Below, piece after piece: positions 27,075 to 30,175 of a stretch of 30,175 nucleotides of DNA. The first letter of the stretch is position 1, and each line of letters begins with the position of its first letter. The notes below the pieces were generated by a model. It saw only the letters and a program-made list of their open reading frames with translations. It ran no database searches and was not told the origin of the DNA. Both the position numbers and the translations under genes were made by a program. Origin of the DNA: a virus (lineage: Duplodnaviria; Caudoviricetes); the IMG/VR virus record IMGVR_UViG_3300032294_003431, positions 1 to 30,175 of that record; one strand, written 5' to 3'.

Positions 27075-27449
27075 CTATTTAATTGCTTCGTATGCTTCTA
27101 AAATTAATTCTGCACCATTGAATTTTATCTTTGGCAAATCACTTACTTTATGCCAACTAACACCAATCAAATCATCACCAGCCAAAAGATCACCAGAATA
27201 ATCTTTTGTATAGTAAACATTAACAATTTTATCTGGCATATTCATAACTCTCAGATTATGAAGTTTTGATATTTTTAAGTTTGTTTCTTCTTCGATTTCT
27301 CTTTTGGCGCAATCTTTTTCATCTTCTAAATAATCAACGTGCCCACCAGGTATCTCATAGCCAGAAGATTTTTCTCCAAGCAAAACTTTATCATTGTCAA
27401 AAATAATGACAAGAGAGACTTTCTTTTTAGCTGAAATTCGGTACCACAT
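27075..27449 (-). CDS. Nudix hydrolase with MWY tag
   Basis: Nudix box GGHVDYLEDEKDCAKREIEEETNL; starts MWYRISAK. Confidence 0.9.
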   Translation of the reverse strand: MWYRISAKKKVSLVIIFDNDKVLLGEKSSGYEIPGGHVDYLEDEKDCAKREIEEETNLKISKLHNLRVMNMPDKIVNVYYTKDYSGDLLAGDDLIGVSWHKVSDLPKIKFNGAELILEAYEAIK

Positions 27450-27473
27450 AATAATTTATTCTGGTTTTAAAAA

Positions 27474-27507
27474 GAAAAATCCCATCTTATTAGGATGAGA
27501 TTTTTCT
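27474..27507 (-). terminator. Probable terminator downstream of tRNA
   Basis: AGAAAAATCTCATCCTAATAAGATGGGATTTTTCT on minus strand followed by T tract. Confidence 0.6.
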
Positions 27508-27509
27508 AA

Positions 27510-27582
27510 TACAACTGGCAGGACTCGAACCTGCGGCCAAATGCTTAGAAGGCATTTGCTCTATCCACTGAGCTACAGTTGC
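27510..27582 (-). tRNA. trnR-UCU: tRNA-Arg (anticodon TCT), no encoded CCA
   Basis: GCAACTG acceptor stem, TAGCTCAGTGGATAGAGC D-arm, AATGC-CTTCTAA-GCATT anticodon arm, GGTTCGAGTCC T-arm; extended -10 TGGTATAAT about 40 nt upstream. Confidence 0.95.
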
Positions 27583-27635
27583 ATATTTATTCTAATTTGT
27601 AAGTATCTCTCTTACTCTCTAATTATACCACAACT

Positions 27636-27815
27636 TTACATCTGCGCACTAACAACTTCAACTTTTTTCTTTGATTTCTCAAGTTTATATTCAATTGTTT
27701 TGCCAGTGTTTAAGTAAATATTCAACCATCGATTCAATTCTTTCAATTGAGCATAAGTCATTTCAAGACTCTTCTCCTCAAAATTTTCATCAATAATTGT
27801 AATCTTGTGTTTCAT
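27636..27815 (-). CDS. Unlisted 59-aa hypothetical protein
   Basis: MKHKITIIDENFEEKSLEMTYAQLKELNRWLNIYLNTGKTIEYKLEKSKKKVEVVSAQM; preceded by TTGCAT-16 nt-(TGG)TATGCT-6 nt-ATG leaderless promoter. Confidence 0.75.
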   Translation of the reverse strand: MKHKITIIDENFEEKSLEMTYAQLKELNRWLNIYLNTGKTIEYKLEKSKKKVEVVSAQM

Positions 27816-27854
27816 ACGGATAGCATACCACGATTCAGGTATAATGCAAGTAAG

Positions 27855-28262
27855 ATGAAAATAATTGATATCTATAATTTATCTAGAAAAACCTCATTCC
27901 CAGTTGAAGATATATTTAATCTTAAAGATTTTGGCAGAAAAATCTTTCAAATTCATAATAATATTGGAGCTGATTGGGAAATGTTAAAGAAAAATGTCCC
28001 TGGTTTACAAGGACATTTTATTGAAACAAATTTAAATAGATTTTATATTGTTAGCTTGAATGACAAACCGTTCATTCTGGTTAATTATGATAAAGTTTTA
28101 CAGTATTTCACACCGTATTCTACAGATCCATCTCTTTATCAAACTTTCATGAAATTACTTATAGCTCATTCAGATCTATCTTATTGTCATTTCTCAGCAG
28201 ACAAAGATTTGAATATTCTTTTACCTGATGAAGATGGATATGATCAACAATTTGAAGATTAG
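27855..28262 (+). CDS. Hypothetical protein
   Basis: Start reassigned from TTG 27747 to ATG 27855 (TATAAT at 27840-27845; avoids overlap with the divergent ORF). Confidence 0.7.
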   Translation: MKIIDIYNLSRKTSFPVEDIFNLKDFGRKIFQIHNNIGADWEMLKKNVPGLQGHFIETNLNRFYIVSLNDKPFILVNYDKVLQYFTPYSTDPSLYQTFMKLLIAHSDLSYCHFSADKDLNILLPDEDGYDQQFED

Positions 28263-28312
28263 CTTATAAGCACAAATAATTATTCAAACTTTCTTAGATG
28301 TATAATCATAAT

Positions 28313-29260
28313 ATGAAAAAGATCCTAATTACTGGTATTCATGGAAGTGGAGCAACTTATCTAGCTGAATACCTTAGTACATTACCAGATATTGAAATAC
28401 ATGGGATTTCAAGATGGCATACTGATAGAAAAAATAAATCAGAATTATTTAATAGCTTTATTATTCATGAGTGCGATTTAACAGATTTAGGGTCAGTCAT
28501 CAGAGCTATACAAAATTCACAACCTGATTACATTTTTCATCTTGCTGCAAACGCTAATGTAAAGCTATCTTTCACAAATCCTATTTCTGTACTCAATAAC
28601 AATATAAATGGCACTTTAAATTTACTTGAAGCACTTAGAATATTAAATGCTAAACCAGTGCTTCAATTGTGTGGAACATCAGAAATTTATGGGCAAGTTA
28701 GGCCTGACGAAATTCCAATTAAGGAAACTCAAAACATAGATCCAGTAAATGTATATGCAATTAGTAAGTTTGTTCAAGAAAAATTAGTCAAGTCATATTA
28801 TCATTCTTATGGCATTCCAATTATAATAACAAGAGCTTTTGGATATATAAATCCTAGAAGACCAGACATTTTTTCAAGTGCTTTTGCTAAACAAATTGTT
28901 GATATTGAACGTGGTAAACAAAATACACTTTATCATGGAGACTTAAATTCAATAAGAACTCTATTGGATGTTCGAGATGTAGTTGAAGCTTATTGGGTAG
29001 CAGCAAATAAATGTGAGTATGGTGAATCATATAACATAGGACACACTACTCCTGTAAAAGTAGGAGATTATTTGGAAGAACTTAAGAAACAAGCTAATTG
29101 TGAAATAAATTCAGAAGTTGACCCTAATCTACTTAGACCTGTAGACGTAACTTTGCAAATTCCAGATGTAACTAAATTTTTCAATGCAACTAATTGGAAG
29201 CCTAGATATACATTTGAAGAAACAATGAGATTTTTATTAGATCATTACAGAAACCAATAA
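28313..29260 (+). CDS. NAD(P)-dependent nucleotide-sugar dehydratase/reductase (GDP-mannose 4,6-dehydratase/Rmd-like SDR)
   Basis: ILITGIHGSGA Rossmann motif, DLTD, IFHLAA, GTSEIYG, YAISK, LLRPVD; ATG 28313 lies 6 nt after TATAAT. Confidence 0.88.
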   Translation: MKKILITGIHGSGATYLAEYLSTLPDIEIHGISRWHTDRKNKSELFNSFIIHECDLTDLGSVIRAIQNSQPDYIFHLAANANVKLSFTNPISVLNNNINGTLNLLEALRILNAKPVLQLCGTSEIYGQVRPDEIPIKETQNIDPVNVYAISKFVQEKLVKSYYHSYGIPIIITRAFGYINPRRPDIFSSAFAKQIVDIERGKQNTLYHGDLNSIRTLLDVRDVVEAYWVAANKCEYGESYNIGHTTPVKVGDYLEELKKQANCEINSEVDPNLLRPVDVTLQIPDVTKFFNATNWKPRYTFEETMRFLLDHYRNQ

Positions 29261-29288
29261 AAAAGGGGAGAATATTCTCCCCTTTTTT
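29259..29288. terminator. Bidirectional terminator
   Basis: A6-GGGGAGAAT-ATTCTCCCC-T6 perfect palindrome between convergent genes. Confidence 0.9.
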
Positions 29289-29304
29289 ATTTAGTATTTA
29301 AGAT

Positions 29305-29580
29305 TTACTTCGAGCCATAAAATCCTTGAGCAAATCCCCAAACAAATGATGCTACAGCCAAAATAATTCCAGCAGTATTACCAGTGTTGATTTGCTTTGC
29401 TCGCTTTTCTTCTTCTAAGTCGTTTACATTAGGCATGAAAAGAAGAGCAATAGCACCTAACAAACTACCACCAAAAAACCAAGCCCAGAAATTATAACCT
29501 TTTCTACTAGCCCAAGTTCCACAACCATAAGCAATAAGTAGAATAAGAACCCAAGTCAAAATCTGCGTAGTTGCATCCAT
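29305..29580 (-). CDS. Small membrane protein (3 TM)
   Basis: Hydrophobic helices, ASRKGYNFWAWF motif; AGGAG RBS. Confidence 0.8.
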   Translation of the reverse strand: MDATTQILTWVLILLIAYGCGTWASRKGYNFWAWFFGGSLLGAIALLFMPNVNDLEEEKRAKQINTGNTAGIILAVASFVWGFAQGFYGSK

Positions 29581-29596
29581 AATAATTTCTCCTAAT

Positions 29597-29920
29597 TTAT
29601 TTTACCTTCATTCTAACTTTCTTGTAATAAAAATCCCATAATTCCTTAAATCCAACCCTGCCTATAGTATGTTGGATGTGATAATCTATAACCAATGGCG
29701 GACGAGATTCTTTATTTCTTCTAGAGTAAAATTGATCATAAAAACGCTCATATTTTTGCTTGTCAATTATATCAACACTCATAAACTGCTTATTGAGAGA
29801 AACAATACCAATCTTACTACCACTTCTCCCAACTAACTGAATTGCATATTTAGTGTCGAAATTACCAACATTCAAGACACATTCTTTTTTTATTTTATCA
29901 ACCCATTCTCGTTCAGACAT
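29597..29920 (-). CDS. Hypothetical protein
   Basis: 107-aa ORF, TAAGGT upstream. Confidence 0.75.
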   Translation of the reverse strand: MSEREWVDKIKKECVLNVGNFDTKYAIQLVGRSGSKIGIVSLNKQFMSVDIIDKQKYERFYDQFYSRRNKESRPPLVIDYHIQHTIGRVGFKELWDFYYKKVRMKVK

Positions 29921-29942
29921 AATTTATTTTACCTTAAAAAAT

Positions 29943-29966
29943 AAACCCATCGAATTCGATGGGTTT
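29943..29966 (-). terminator. Perfect palindrome, probable terminator
   Basis: AAACCCATCGAATTCGATGGGTTT, followed on minus strand by ATTTTTT. Confidence 0.7.
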
Positions 29967-29970
29967 AAAA

Positions 29971-30174
29971 CTAGCAATATATCACTCTAATTATTGGATA
30001 TTCTTCATCTGGATACATTTTATAATCATCTAATAAATAATCCAAAAATTCTTTCTTAGAAAATATCAAAGAATTTAAAGGCAATTTATCATATATATAA
30101 ACCTTAAATCCAATACTCTGGAAATAGTCTACACATTCTTCATTTGGATACGTAAAAACTACATTGAAATTTTC
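29971..30174 (-). CDS. 3' end of a CDS that starts outside the window
   Basis: Open frame ...ENFNVVFTYPNEECVDYFQSIGFKVYIYDKLPLNSLIFSKKEFLDYLLDDYKMYPDEEYPIIRVIYC-TAG followed by the hairpin. Confidence 0.6.
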   Translation of the reverse strand, partial: ENFNVVFTYPNEECVDYFQSIGFKVYIYDKLPLNSLIFSKKEFLDYLLDDYKMYPDEEYPIIRVIYC

Positions 30175-30175
30175 T

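Noticed and set aside
27510-27582. tRNA as a prophage attachment site or host boundary
   Set aside because: There is no integrase and no duplicated tRNA 3' end in the window, and composition and gene style are unchanged on both sides.
27747-27854. TTG-started extension of 27747..28262
   Set aside because: It overlaps a divergent ORF that has a clean promoter; ATG 27855 follows a TATAAT.
1-30175. Stop-codon reassignment as seen in some large phages
   Set aside because: Long ORFs are intact in code 11, coding density is high, and TAG/TGA stops fall at sensible gene junctions.

Overview
This AT-rich, gene-dense window looks like part of a large (jumbo-like) tailed-phage genome in the standard genetic code. 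No capsid, terminase or polymerase gene falls inside it, so the phage call is an inference. The host is plausibly Armatimonadota or PVC-like, judged from a DUF1559/H-X9-DG prepilin-like gene. The left 2.3 kb is an array of small genes with near-identical sigma70-type promoters (three leaderless) and an ~80-bp double-palindrome repeat. A structured G/C-tract region at 3.0-3.7 kb follows. The dominant signal is that about 17 otherwise unrelated proteins share short terminal tags. Ten carry an N-terminal ~35-aa 'L..IA.ELD..G.Y..A..+..+M.K[IL]A' helical tag, two giant paralogs carry it at the C-terminus, and five start with an 'MWY' micro-tag (mostly MWY[RK][LFI][AS]). The tagged cargo includes an HExxH metallopeptidase, a polyvalent-type ADP-ribosyltransferase, a GH108 muramidase, a Nudix hydrolase, PcfJ-like domains and a Cys-rich domain. 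This suggests a modular capsid-targeting/protease-cleaved sorting system for injected effectors (inference). Other features: tRNA-Arg(UCU), a RusA-like resolvase, a HAD phosphatase, a GDP-sugar dehydratase-like SDR, a probable free-standing endonuclease, a Tad2/DUF2829-like protein, and an unannotated 35-aa peptide that mimics a pilin N-terminal helix.
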